A stretch of 64,000 bases of DNA from a virus (IMGVR_UViG_3300046787_000675:96706-160705), one strand, 5' to 3'; shown: positions 38,513 to 48,423, counted from the stretch's first letter. Notes: generated by a model not told the origin, from the letters alone. Program-made: numbers and translations.

Positions 38513-39430
38513 TTATCGCCCTCTTGATGTTCTACCGAAACTAGCGATATTAGTCGTATTAAAACATTGACGGAAGTTAAGTGATTTTTTTTCTATTATT
38601 ACCCATTCTTTCCATTTATCAATTAGTAGTTGACCTAACTGCTCATATATCTGTCCTTTGTTTTTATCATCGACAGTAAGTCCGGCTGCACTGTAAGCCA
38701 GATGATTTCTCCGGTACGCGGCTGCAGCTATAAGCATTAACTCACCTTTAACAGCATTTATCCATTCGTACCTGTAAGGAAATGTCGCAGGCGTATAGCG
38801 GTAACGTTTCATATCTGGGGGTGTCTCGTTCCAGTTATCTACTGGTCTACGCATTGCCCATGCAATCTCAGTATCTGTATACTCAACATCATCTAATAAA
38901 AAGTTATCTTCCCGGGATAAGTCACGGATAGCTAATCTGATTTCTGCTATACTTACACCAATTATATTGGTAGTCATATCCGTAACATCAGCTTCTACTT
39001 CAACATAAGCTCTGTATTTTTCTACACGGACAGGCGAAGAATCGTCATCGGATGAGCTGGAATTATCAGAAAGTTCTCCGCACGGATTTAGGGTAGTATC
39101 GTACACACTTATTTCTGCGATAAATAAACCGCGGGCTAATAATTCGCATTCGTTTATTTCGAAGCGTACATGTCCGTCATCAGCAGTTATTATCTCTCCT
39201 TCCGATCTAATCAGAATATTTCCAGGATTACGTTCAACAACAGTTAGAATAATAATGTGTTTATCGTCTTCGAGCAGTAAAGGTTGTCCGTTTGATACGC
39301 GAAGATACACATCCTGCGAACCTTTCGTTTTTTGTTTAAATCTAAGTGTCGGCCATTCATTAGGTCGATGTTGTTTATCATTAAGACATATATCAGGAAA
39401 CGGCATAATACTTCCTAGGTTATTTTCCAA
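38513..39430 (-). CDS. putative head-tail adaptor/neck protein
   Basis: IRLAIRD..DNFLLDDVEYTDTEI..WNETPP adaptor-like helical domain; Ig-like N-terminus. Confidence 0.6.
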   Translation of the reverse strand: MENNLGSIMPFPDICLNDKQHRPNEWPTLRFKQKTKGSQDVYLRVSNGQPLLLEDDKHIIILTVVERNPGNILIRSEGEIITADDGHVRFEINECELLARGLFIAEISVYDTTLNPCGELSDNSSSSDDDSSPVRVEKYRAYVEVEADVTDMTTNIIGVSIAEIRLAIRDLSREDNFLLDDVEYTDTEIAWAMRRPVDNWNETPPDMKRYRYTPATFPYRYEWINAVKGELMLIAAAAYRRNHLAYSAAGLTVDDKNKGQIYEQLGQLLIDKWKEWVIIEKKSLNFRQCFNTTNIASFGRTSRGR

Positions 39431-39735
39431 AATTTATTACCGAAGATATCGACGGCTTTATACATAACATACGCCATTTCTACAGGAATTCCCTCAGAAA
39501 TTAAATCCTCGTAAAAAATACTGTCTGCCATTTGTTTAGTTACTATACCTTCACTATATAAAGAATACAGATAATCGTGTGTAATGCAAGGACCAATCAA
39601 ACAAGGGTGGAAAGGACTGTATCCGGATATATCCCATAATCCTCGCGGTATAGACGCTCCATTGGTTAAAAATCCACCAGGGACAGTAATCCCTACAGAA
39701 TTAGTATAAGGGGCTACTAACTCATATTTGTCCAC
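39415..39735 (-). CDS. DUF1353 family protein
   Basis: TVPGGFLTNGASIPR...HDYLY...ADSIF signature. Confidence 0.85.
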   Translation of the reverse strand: MDKYELVAPYTNSVGITVPGGFLTNGASIPRGLWDISGYSPFHPCLIGPCITHDYLYSLYSEGIVTKQMADSIFYEDLISEGIPVEMAYVMYKAVDIFGNKFWKIT

Positions 39736-39773
39736 TCCAACGAGAGGAGATATCTTAGGGCGATTAAACGGCG

Positions 39774-40085
39774 TTACTGTAGGTTGGACAAGGCCTGCGT
39801 AACGCCTTCTAGAAAAAGTCCGGTCAATTCATCTTTTATGTACTCTTTTGCTTTATATAAACTCAAAGCAGGTAAAGATGTTAATGTCATATTGGCGTAG
39901 GATAATTTAGTCTCGATCTCTTCCCGTTCTACACTTCCTTCAGTAGATGTCCCGTATAAAGCAGCACATAATGCAGCCGTCAACATAGCTTCTTTAAATC
40001 TGGTCTGTTGTTCTTCTGTCCAACCTATGTGTTCCGGAAACTTATCCAGACATTTATTGATTTTATCTTTTATAAGGTTTTGCAT
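39774..40085 (-). CDS. hypothetical protein
   Basis: 103-aa helical ORF in a tightly coupled cassette. Confidence 0.6.
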   Translation of the reverse strand: MQNLIKDKINKCLDKFPEHIGWTEEQQTRFKEAMLTAALCAALYGTSTEGSVEREEIETKLSYANMTLTSLPALSLYKAKEYIKDELTGLFLEGVTQALSNLQ

Positions 40086-40086
40086 A

Positions 40087-40308
40087 TTATTTTTCCTCAG
40101 ACGCAGCCTGTATCAGCTCTTCATAGCTCTTAATAGCATCCAGACGTAATTTCTTTTCTTCTGCTGTAAGGGAAGCGTCATTAGGGATATATTTTGTTTT
40201 TAATTCTTTTAGCGGGCCGTCAACCATATGTTTTGACGGAACAAGAAGAGGGTTCGTTGTACAGGAGCTTACTAATATAAGTCCGTATATAAGTAGATAT
40301 TTACGCAT
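40087..40308 (-). CDS. small lipoprotein (possible o-spanin-like)
   Basis: MRK + hydrophobic stretch + lipobox VSSC. Confidence 0.6.
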   Translation of the reverse strand: MRKYLLIYGLILVSSCTTNPLLVPSKHMVDGPLKELKTKYIPNDASLTAEEKKLRLDAIKSYEELIQAASEEK

Positions 40309-40672
40309 ATACTTTTTCCTTTGTGTTGTTTATAATTTCGATTAACTTTGTCGGCGTTTGTTTAGAGACATACTGGAAGTTTAAATCTCTGGGTAATTTT
40401 TTACGAATATAAGATTCTGTATTCGATGTGTAAATTATTATTTCCCCTGCGTACTGTTTTAATAGGTTAAGGATATTAGTTTCATCGGATAATTCAAAAC
40501 CAGCGTAGGTAAAATCGAGAATTAACATATCGAAGGTGTAACAAGGTAGCCGGGTAAAAATACAATGGATATAGTTAGAGAAGTGACTCTTTACATCAGG
40601 AGAACATTTTTTAAGTAAAGTTGTAATAAAGTTCATCTGGGTAGTATCGTCTTCGATAACTAAGATATTCAT
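40301..40672 (-). CDS. stand-alone response-regulator receiver (CheY-like) domain
   Basis: ILVIEDD, LILD (phospho-Asp), IIIYTS and YVSK: all canonical REC residues present. Confidence 0.75.
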   Translation of the reverse strand: MNILVIEDDTTQMNFITTLLKKCSPDVKSHFSNYIHCIFTRLPCYTFDMLILDFTYAGFELSDETNILNLLKQYAGEIIIYTSNTESYIRKKLPRDLNFQYVSKQTPTKLIEIINNTKEKVYA

Positions 40673-40959
40673 TAGTCTCTATCCTTTTTATCTGCAATTA
40701 ACTCTGACATTACTTTTGCAAAAGAGTCAAGAGTTTTATTTGATTCCGACATAGTTTTTATGGATTCTTTAGTGAGTATTACTAGTTCGTCCCTACAAAA
40801 TTTCTCCAGCGACGTTAATCTTTCTTCAAGTCTTATTTTATCTTTATGGCTCTGGTGTACGAAATATACTAATAATACTGTAGGTAATCCAAACACCTTT
40901 ATCATATCAAATATAGAAGTTACTTCTCCTTGCGCTAGTATAGTCAAATAAATATCCAT
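40672..40959 (-). CDS. holin-like membrane protein
   Basis: Single N-proximal TM (VFGLPTVLLVYFV) followed by a coiled coil, BhlA-like architecture. Confidence 0.5.
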   Translation of the reverse strand: MDIYLTILAQGEVTSIFDMIKVFGLPTVLLVYFVHQSHKDKIRLEERLTSLEKFCRDELVILTKESIKTMSESNKTLDSFAKVMSELIADKKDRD

Positions 40960-40991
40960 TGTTAATTTCTCTTTTTTGTTTCAGTTATTTA

Positions 40992-41021
40992 ATAATATCC
41001 TGTACTTTTTATGGATGTCAA
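40992..41021 (-). promoter_or_regulatory. sigma70-type promoter TTGACA-N18-TATTAT
   Basis: Perfect -35 and 5/6 -10 in the gap upstream of 40959. Confidence 0.5.
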
Positions 41022-41024
41022 TCT

Positions 41025-41297
41025 TTATTCAGTAGGGGGATTGATTTCCAGGTTTACTCTTTCCGTTGTTGCATTAACTACAGTTTGGTTTACCCAGAAT
41101 AGAAATTCATCATGAGTCAACTCTACGATGGTATATTTACCGACCACTCCTATAACATCCCCCTCGGCATCTCTAACCTGATGTTCTACATAGTGCTTTA
41201 GTGTCTCATCTTCATAATCGATAGTTGTTGTTTTGATTTTAACTCCGCTTATATTTCCGGCCTTAAGGCTGTCTGTTTTTTCTACGAATAAGTCCAT
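41025..41297 (-). CDS. small hypothetical protein (possible fibre chaperone)
   Basis: 90 aa, GAGG RBS, downstream of the PATR protein. Confidence 0.6.
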   Translation of the reverse strand: MDLFVEKTDSLKAGNISGVKIKTTTIDYEDETLKHYVEHQVRDAEGDVIGVVGKYTIVELTHDEFLFWVNQTVVNATTERVNLEINPPTE

Positions 41298-41323
41298 TGT
41301 CTTACCTCTTTTTTGTTTGTTGT

Positions 41324-44300
41324 TTACGGAACGGTAACTGTACCGGTTCCAAGAAAGTATGTATCGTTAATAAATGTTGCTCCGCTGCCTGTGGCACCAT
41401 ATGAGCCACTAGCTTGCGCTACTCCACCTAATGTTAAGGCTGAGATGTTTCGTGTTCCTACATAGTTTAGGTTTGCTTTACCTGTGCCACTGATTAACAA
41501 ACCGCCACCCCCTAAACTATTAGCAGTATCGAATTTTAGGATACCTGCAGAAATGTTTGTAGTGCCTGTGTAAGTGTTTGTACCGGACAGTGTCCATGTA
41601 CTTGTATTAACCTTGGTTATTGATACTACGGCGGAACCATTGGCAATAGCACCTGTAATAGTATTCAGAAGGTTAGTGCCGTCGAGCTGCATTGTTTTCG
41701 TTACAGCGTTTCCTGTGACGGTACCTATAGATACGAAAGCTGTTGTAGGGGTAAAGATAGCAGTACCTGCAGCACCGCCACTCAATGTTACTTGTGGGAG
41801 TGTTATGCCTGCGTTTCCACTAGTTACATGACTACCTGCGGTAAAACCATGAGTAGCATTCGTAGCTCCGAAATTAAAAGCACCTATGCTATGATTTAGC
41901 GCAGCACCGTTAGTTGCTCTATCTGACACAAGTGTGTAGGTGTTAGCAGCAGAAGCTGTTGTCATAGTGCGGAATGATGTAAAGGCTGTATCAGTCCCGA
42001 ACTCAAGGAAACAAGACGCACTATTCATGTTAACACTGCTCGCGGTAGAAGCTGCGTTGAGGTTTGTCAATCTTAAAGTACCTGCCTGTATAGTAAGAAC
42101 ACCTGTAAAGGTATTAACTCCTGCAAGAACCCATAACCCTACCTCTACTTTAAGTACAGCAACAACCGATCCTGCGCCGTCGGCAATAACTCCTGCAAAT
42201 GTATTAAGGCCTGTGTTAGTACCTGCCAGTCTTAAGGTTTTTGCCCCACTGTTTACAATAAGTAATGCTTGTTGTATAATAAGGTTACTTGCAGCTGTCG
42301 TACCTAAAGCAGATATCGTTACCTGTCCTGCATTGGTAATTCTAAAAGGTCTATTAGCTAATGTAGTTGTAGCTCCACTTGCACTTAACCATCTAAATGT
42401 TCCAGTCGCTCCTGTAAGGGTTATAATCTCAGAGGAATCCCCGATACTAGCAAACCCCAGACCATAACCTGTATTATCCGCTGTTGCTGATGTTATAGGT
42501 CCTGTAAAAGTATTGGCTGCATTTGTAAATTCAAAAGTAGTAGAGTGGTTGGCGAATAATGTACCGTTACCACTTAGTACACCAGTAACAGTCTTAGCAG
42601 AGTTACCACTTGTAAGTGTTAATGTAAAGCCATTATCTATGACTAACGGTCTATTATAAATAGTCACATTGGCCCCCATATACCATGTAGAAGTACCTGC
42701 GCATCTAACCTGAGCACCTCCAGCACCTAGGTGGGAGTCTGAATTAGTAGATAGTATACCTTGATTAATTATAGTTTCTCCAGTGTATGTATTGGCTCCG
42801 GATAGGGCTTGAGTACCTGCACCTGTTTTTGTTAGCGTCATTCCGGTGGCACCGTCGGAGATTATACCAGAGTAGGTGACATTCTTTCCTGTTATAGTGT
42901 TTAGAGTTAATGCTGTAATAGCTGAATAACCAGCTGCTTCTATTTTATTTGCAAGATTTACTGCCCCCCTAAGACCTCCTAACTGAACGGCTGTTAAACC
43001 TGTAAGCCTTAGTGTTCCTGCACCTGTAGTATCTAATACACCACTGTCTATGGATGTAGATGTGGTGATTTCTAAAATGCCTGTTGTAACTAAAACAGTA
43101 CCCGAAATAGATGTATTATTACTGTTTGTCAGTACCCACCTACCTATTCCTACTTTAGTTAATGATAATACTGCTGATACTACTACAAAAGAGCATGCGA
43201 TTGTGTTAGCATCTGTACTAGTACCATCCACGGTTATCGTTTTCGCAGAGGAATCGTTAGTACCTAATTGACCTGTGTTGCTAAATACAAGAGGTCCTGA
43301 GCCATTGGCACTTAGCCTGAAGTTTCCTGAGATTCTGAACAGTCTGTTTGTAGTGTGTCCTGCACCTGTATATCTGAACTCACCACCTATGAATATTAAG
43401 TTAGTGTCCGCTGTAGATGACGCTGCTCCTATACAGGAAGGAACTGCAGCATCTGTCATATTAGAGACGATTAATATTCCTGACGATAGAGTAGTAACAC
43501 CAGTATATGTATTTGCTGTATGCCCTAGCTTCCATGTTCCTGCCTCTACTTTGGTAAAACTAACAGCAGAACTAGCCCCATTAGCAATCAAACCGTTAAA
43601 TTCGTTTACGCCTGTGTTTGTGCCTCCTAAACGGAAAGATAGAGTCTGTGTCTTGAGTACAATAAGATTTGTGTTGACAACGATTGTATTAGACGCACTT
43701 GCATTGTTATTAGACAATGTAGGTACATTAGTTACAGTACTTCCTAGGGTTACTTCTAGCTGTCTGTTATTGATGACTAGTGGGGCTAAACTACCGAATA
43801 TGGAAAAAGTTGCGGTAGATGCTACGTTTCCAGTAAACTGTAAGTTACCATATCCTATACCATCTAGTAGATTACCTAGGGCAAATATAGGGGTAGAGCT
43901 AGACCCTGAACCTACCCTTAAAATACCTGTAAACAAACTAGCATCAACTATTGTAATCGCAGCTCCTCCATTTCCGTCTGTTACTGCAAGTATAGAACTA
44001 TTAGAGCCTGACTTAGCAGATGCATAAGAATGACTATTACCCGTCGATGGGAATATCATACCGTATGCCCCTGCTGTAACAATTATTTGACCTCCTACAA
44101 AACCCACAGATGCTGTATTATTGATTTGTAGAAAGGTTGTTGAGGCATATGCACCATCGAATATTATGTTTATTCCATTAGGGATAGCTCCAACAGCAGT
44201 AGATCTTACCTCTCCTGCTGATATAACTATTAATCCCTCTGGTATGGCATTGCTTCCATTAGCCAGGACTAGTCCCCCTACTCCTTTTTTAGTAATCCGT

Positions 44301-44656
44301 CTGGCTGATACAATACAATTGAGAGTAACAAACCTATTGACAATATCAAAAATAGGTTCGTCACCTGTCAAAAATATTGTATTTCCTGAATTCACAGTCC
44401 AATCATGGGATGGAGTAGCATCCCCGAACTTCCATATTTTCCCTTTTCTATCAGCTCCTAGAGTAAGTGTAGGTGCTCCTACTATATTCGCTTGGCTGAA
44501 GTCAACTACATCAAAGTCGTTAGGTGTAGGTGCAATACCCCCTACCCAGTCCGCACCAGTAACCCAGTTGTGTGCGCCTCCTGCTGTCTGTGACCAGACA
44601 TGGACTACTCCGTGCTTACCGTTGGCGAATTGACATTTAAAGGCTGTTAAAAACAT
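41324..44656 (-). CDS. autotransporter-associated beta-strand repeat (PATR) adhesin-like fibre protein, 1110 aa
   Basis: Repeated K.G.GT..L.G.NTYTG.T.I..G.L units (e.g. LTKTGAGTQALSGANTYTGETIINQGIL). Likely start is the ATG at 44656 (TAATG overlap) rather than 44692. No signal peptide or beta-barrel. Confidence 0.8.
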   Translation of the reverse strand: MFLTAFKCQFANGKHGVVHVWSQTAGGAHNWVTGADWVGGIAPTPNDFDVVDFSQANIVGAPTLTLGADRKGKIWKFGDATPSHDWTVNSGNTIFLTGDEPIFDIVNRFVTLNCIVSARRITKKGVGGLVLANGSNAIPEGLIVISAGEVRSTAVGAIPNGINIIFDGAYASTTFLQINNTASVGFVGGQIIVTAGAYGMIFPSTGNSHSYASAKSGSNSSILAVTDGNGGAAITIVDASLFTGILRVGSGSSSTPIFALGNLLDGIGYGNLQFTGNVASTATFSIFGSLAPLVINNRQLEVTLGSTVTNVPTLSNNNASASNTIVVNTNLIVLKTQTLSFRLGGTNTGVNEFNGLIANGASSAVSFTKVEAGTWKLGHTANTYTGVTTLSSGILIVSNMTDAAVPSCIGAASSTADTNLIFIGGEFRYTGAGHTTNRLFRISGNFRLSANGSGPLVFSNTGQLGTNDSSAKTITVDGTSTDANTIACSFVVVSAVLSLTKVGIGRWVLTNSNNTSISGTVLVTTGILEITTSTSIDSGVLDTTGAGTLRLTGLTAVQLGGLRGAVNLANKIEAAGYSAITALTLNTITGKNVTYSGIISDGATGMTLTKTGAGTQALSGANTYTGETIINQGILSTNSDSHLGAGGAQVRCAGTSTWYMGANVTIYNRPLVIDNGFTLTLTSGNSAKTVTGVLSGNGTLFANHSTTFEFTNAANTFTGPITSATADNTGYGLGFASIGDSSEIITLTGATGTFRWLSASGATTTLANRPFRITNAGQVTISALGTTAASNLIIQQALLIVNSGAKTLRLAGTNTGLNTFAGVIADGAGSVVAVLKVEVGLWVLAGVNTFTGVLTIQAGTLRLTNLNAASTASSVNMNSASCFLEFGTDTAFTSFRTMTTASAANTYTLVSDRATNGAALNHSIGAFNFGATNATHGFTAGSHVTSGNAGITLPQVTLSGGAAGTAIFTPTTAFVSIGTVTGNAVTKTMQLDGTNLLNTITGAIANGSAVVSITKVNTSTWTLSGTNTYTGTTNISAGILKFDTANSLGGGGLLISGTGKANLNYVGTRNISALTLGGVAQASGSYGATGSGATFINDTYFLGTGTVTVP

Positions 44657-46263
44657 TAGATACCGTACCCTTTTATTGCGGACATATACCATTTATTGTT
44701 CAAGCACACAAAGTTTACAAGGTCTACTTTATCATTTAGATTAGACACCACAAATGTACCTGCGTCACCCGGGTCAGCTCCTGTAAATGTTACAGATGTA
44801 GCGACAGGATTACCTGTGGCTACTTGATGTAAAAAAACGGAAAAAGACTTACCGTTGTGTAAGGTCGGGTCTGATAATGAGAAAACTTCTGCGGTACCTG
44901 TCCTTAGTCTTCTTTGTAATATTGTTTTGTGTGTAATATCCAACACTTCAGGATTAGCAGACACAGTTATAGGGGAAGCATCTACACTCTCCGTAACACC
45001 GTCTACAACCAGATTTCCTGTCATAGTACCGCCTGCTTTCGGTAGATACTGAGGGTGATCGTTGTCAGATAATCCTAACAAATTTCCATGATCAGTTGCC
45101 GAACCGCCGGAAAATGTTGTTCCGAAAGCTGACTCAATAGCAGTGAATGCTGATGCTGCCTGACCTATAATGATTCTACCTACGAGAATGGCATGGTCTT
45201 GGAAATAAGGCGGAACATCTCCAGGTATTTTAACAGCTTGCGCTTCTACAAGGGTATAATCACCTTGTCCATAAACTACATGTAAATCCCCATCCACATC
45301 GATGTAAACCCAATGCACTCCATATTTACCAACTGTTAGTGCTGCTAAGGTTCCAGACCCATTGTCGTAATTTAGGTTATTAATTTGTGTTTGGCTTGTT
45401 ACACCAGTCCACCCACCTAAACCATCTCTATAACTATACTTGAAGGTATTAGCACCTGATGTGTCTTTTACTGGTGTGGTGAAGCGGTTAAATCCGTACC
45501 AGAATACCCCAGTAGTAACTCCAATGTTTCTAGTACCTGTTGCGTATAAAACTCCGCCGCTTTCTCGGGCTGTAGGGTCGGTAGCATTCATTCGTCTAAC
45601 CATTAATGCCGCATGATCGTTTATCGATATTCTCGACTGACTTGTTATATGTAACTCTGTTCCAGTCCGGTATACTGACCCTAGATATATATTGGTATTT
45701 AAATCTGTTCGTTTAACGCTGGTTGCTATAACTCTAGGGGATCCTCCATTATATTCGACATAAATATAATTTAAAGCGTTATCGATAAGCGTGACATTAA
45801 CCCCTGAATCAGCTACCCAGGAGGTAAAATATAACCCGGCTACCCCGCTATCTGTAGCGCGTATAGTACCGTTACCGGAAGAGACTGTAATTGTGCCGTC
45901 TCCGTCATCTGAAATTGATCCTCCCTCATAAACACCGGTAGAATGATTTAAGTCTTGCATGTCCTGCATTGACCCTTTTGCTGCACCTTGTGTAGCTAAA
46001 AGAGGGAGGATGTCTCCTTGAGTAATTAACCAATCTGCTTCTGTTGTCGGGTTATCTATCAATGCCATTAATACATCATTAACTTCAACAGGAATAGTAA
46101 AAAATGTACCAGCAACAGTAACATTATACTGATCGCCCTTACGAATAGAAGAACTAGGGGCCACATCTAAGTCAGGAGTGTTTGTAGAGGCGTTATAGCC
46201 GCTTTTATAGTCCTCGGCATTGCTGATTATAGCATTAATATTTGTATTATCTTTAATAGGCAT
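44656..46263 (-). CDS. fibre/structural protein
   Basis: YKSGYNASTNTPDL...KGDQY.VTVAGT module; HGNLLGLSDNDHPQYL and KAGGTMTGNL fibre motifs. Confidence 0.7.
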   Translation of the reverse strand: MPIKDNTNINAIISNAEDYKSGYNASTNTPDLDVAPSSSIRKGDQYNVTVAGTFFTIPVEVNDVLMALIDNPTTEADWLITQGDILPLLATQGAAKGSMQDMQDLNHSTGVYEGGSISDDGDGTITVSSGNGTIRATDSGVAGLYFTSWVADSGVNVTLIDNALNYIYVEYNGGSPRVIATSVKRTDLNTNIYLGSVYRTGTELHITSQSRISINDHAALMVRRMNATDPTARESGGVLYATGTRNIGVTTGVFWYGFNRFTTPVKDTSGANTFKYSYRDGLGGWTGVTSQTQINNLNYDNGSGTLAALTVGKYGVHWVYIDVDGDLHVVYGQGDYTLVEAQAVKIPGDVPPYFQDHAILVGRIIIGQAASAFTAIESAFGTTFSGGSATDHGNLLGLSDNDHPQYLPKAGGTMTGNLVVDGVTESVDASPITVSANPEVLDITHKTILQRRLRTGTAEVFSLSDPTLHNGKSFSVFLHQVATGNPVATSVTFTGADPGDAGTFVVSNLNDKVDLVNFVCLNNKWYMSAIKGYGI

Positions 46264-46286
46264 TCAATAGACTCCTGTTTAGTGTA

Positions 46287-46601
46287 TTACCCTAGTTGGT
46301 AATATATAGTTGTTGTAGTTCCAGTGTCTGTTACTGCTTTAATATCTGCAATAGACAGATTATCTAAGCCCATAAAGTAGCTTCCACCCGGATTAAGAAA
46401 GATACCTTTACCGTATTCCGCATTGCCTTCATTATTGATTCTTAAATGACAACGAGCTGCGGGTTGTCCGTCTAAACCGTCATTATTCTGAATCTCTACG
46501 AAATTTCTATTTTGATTTCTAGGAATAACAACAATTGTTCCTGTATCATCTACTAAGACACTACCGGCTTCGCCTCCGCCTGATTTTTCTACTGCTGCCA
46601 T
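46287..46601 (-). CDS. small beta-rich virion protein (fibre/spike base-like)
   Basis: NRNFVEIQNN...GIFLNPGGSY pattern; GAGG RBS. Confidence 0.55.
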   Translation of the reverse strand: MAAVEKSGGGEAGSVLVDDTGTIVVIPRNQNRNFVEIQNNDGLDGQPAARCHLRINNEGNAEYGKGIFLNPGGSYFMGLDNLSIADIKAVTDTGTTTTIYYQLG

Positions 46602-46646
46602 TTAAACCTCTGTACTTTAATTTTATATATTATTAACATAACTGCT

Positions 46647-46693
46647 AAAAAGCCTTCTGCATATACTATTAGATAACACAGAAGGCTTTTTTT
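46647..46693. terminator. intrinsic terminator, possibly bidirectional
   Basis: aaaaagccttctg-N19-cagaaggcttttt inverted repeat with A/T tracts on both sides. Confidence 0.7.
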
Positions 46694-46713
46694 ACTTAAA
46701 TATTTCTACCTAG

Positions 46714-47370
46714 TTATTTAGATTCTGATCGCCGTCTGACTATTGTTTTTTTAGGGGTTTTTGTTGTCCCTGCAACAGTAGGTGTATCTAGTCCTGTTTC
46801 GAACATTTTAGCGTCTTTTAATTTCATGGGTTCTGCTTCTCCTATAACAATTGTAGGAGGTAAACTATCTTCCAGTGTTTTCTTTGTTACTACCTTATCT
46901 TCTTTATCTACTTTGTCGAAAGCTGCAACAGGTTTTAACTGGTTGTCTGAAGACGTCTCTGTTGTTGCTTTAGGGGCATTTTCTTCTTTCTTACTCATAA
47001 TGCTCTCTGAGATAGATACATTATTTTTATCAGCCTGGACATTTACCATACCTTTAGTCTTATCGCCGCGAATAATTTTAACGTCTTTATTCGGTTCTTT
47101 AACTTTATTTGCTACAGCTGCTGCATTAGATGTTTTACCTTCTTTAGCAGTAGGTGTACATGTCTTAAGATTTGTAATTAGAGAGAGGTCAATTAATCCG
47201 TTTTCATATTCGTATGTTAGACATTGTACATCTGCAGCCCGGACACAACTTGCCGGGTATGCTCCGTCTACAACCATAGATTGATCTTTATCTAGATAGA
47301 TACCTTTACCAATATAACGGATTGTGCGAGCTTGAATTTTATTTGTGATTAGGGTTTGTAATGTGATCAT
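46714..47370 (-). CDS. hypothetical protein downstream of MCP
   Basis: 218 aa with Lys/Thr-rich low-complexity C-terminus. Confidence 0.65.
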   Translation of the reverse strand: MITLQTLITNKIQARTIRYIGKGIYLDKDQSMVVDGAYPASCVRAADVQCLTYEYENGLIDLSLITNLKTCTPTAKEGKTSNAAAVANKVKEPNKDVKIIRGDKTKGMVNVQADKNNVSISESIMSKKEENAPKATTETSSDNQLKPVAAFDKVDKEDKVVTKKTLEDSLPPTIVIGEAEPMKLKDAKMFETGLDTPTVAGTTKTPKKTIVRRRSESK

Positions 47371-47400
47371 TTTTATCTCGGCATTTTTAAGTTTTATAAA

Positions 47401-47434
47401 TAAAAACGAGGAGACTTTTTATGGTCTCCTCGTT
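47401..47434 (-). terminator. intrinsic terminator after major capsid gene
   Basis: aacgaggagac-N8-gtctcctcgtt stem running into a U-tract on the minus strand, 20 nt after the MCP stop. Confidence 0.8.
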
Positions 47435-47454
47435 ATAGCGTTTATGCTCTATGT

Positions 47455-48423
47455 TTACGCAGACCAGGCACTGAGTGAACCGGTATGGTCAACACGGGCT
47501 ACAGCTCCACTATTTTTGATAGTAGATCCGAGCATTTCGTAGGCGAACATCTCAAACAAGAAGTTTTCTACTTTTGTAGAGACAGTTACGTCTTCAAAAG
47601 TACAGAAGTCACCGATGAAGTTAGGAGCGGCGAAGTGATAGATACTATTATTAGCGACGAGGTCTTTCTTAATAGTAATATACCATTGCGTACCCATAAC
47701 GTTTCTTTCGCTGAAACCGTTGAGGAACATTTCTTGAGCGAGGTCACCGCCTAACTCAATACGGTCAAGAGCAACGATGTCGTGGATGGTTACGTTGTTA
47801 ACCAAACAAACAGCATCATTGAGTGAGCGATTGGTAGAAGGCAAACCTTTACAACCGTGTGCCAAAGAAGCGCGACTGATAGGACCTGCAGTTACATATC
47901 CTGCAGCACCTACTTCGAGAACGCGTGGGTTAGTGTTAGTAACATCGTTAAGTGGTCCGATGATAGTTTCGACAACAGCCATGAACTTACGGTCTTCTTC
48001 AGCAAGAATGTCTTTCAACATCAAGTCGTTGAAGATTTGTTTGATGTCCATATCGTAGGTCAACAAGTTGACAAAGTCACCGGTGAAACGGTGAGAAGCA
48101 ATCCGGTCGAACATAATCCGATATCTTGGAGCATCAATGTAATGGTTCATAGGAACGGTACCGAATGGGATAGTATACGCAGGCGGAGTGTTTGGCTCTA
48201 CGTCTCGTACAATTACCGGTCTTACGGTATCTGCCTGACGGTCGAAGTCAGACACAGTTACAGATTTAGGTGGAATAATACGACGTGTGAAGCCGTCTTC
48301 TCTTGCTCTTAACTGTAGGAAGCTACTGGCAGAATCCATTGCTTCTTTCTGAAGTGAGCTATCGTTTGAGCGCATGCTGTTAATGAATGCTTCATTGTTA
48401 GCTTTGATTACTGGGTCAATCAT
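47455..48423 (-). CDS. major capsid protein (HK97-type fold inferred)
   Basis: 322 aa; synteny protease-scaffold-decoration-MCP; REDGFTRRIIPP, AEEDRKFM and YEMLGSTIKN..AVARV patterns; strong RBS, high-expression codon usage, own terminator. Confidence 0.8.
   Translation of the reverse strand: MIDPVIKANNEAFINSMRSNDSSLQKEAMDSASSFLQLRAREDGFTRRIIPPKSVTVSDFDRQADTVRPVIVRDVEPNTPPAYTIPFGTVPMNHYIDAPRYRIMFDRIASHRFTGDFVNLLTYDMDIKQIFNDLMLKDILAEEDRKFMAVVETIIGPLNDVTNTNPRVLEVGAAGYVTAGPISRASLAHGCKGLPSTNRSLNDAVCLVNNVTIHDIVALDRIELGGDLAQEMFLNGFSERNVMGTQWYITIKKDLVANNSIYHFAAPNFIGDFCTFEDVTVSTKVENFLFEMFAYEMLGSTIKNSGAVARVDHTGSLSAWSA

Noticed and set aside
41574-44633. Long plus-strand ORFs (175, 250 and 170 aa), and similar ones at 24133, 55797, 59020, 60172 and 62148
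   Set aside because: Antisense shadows of well-supported minus-strand genes caused by codon bias; translations are low-information
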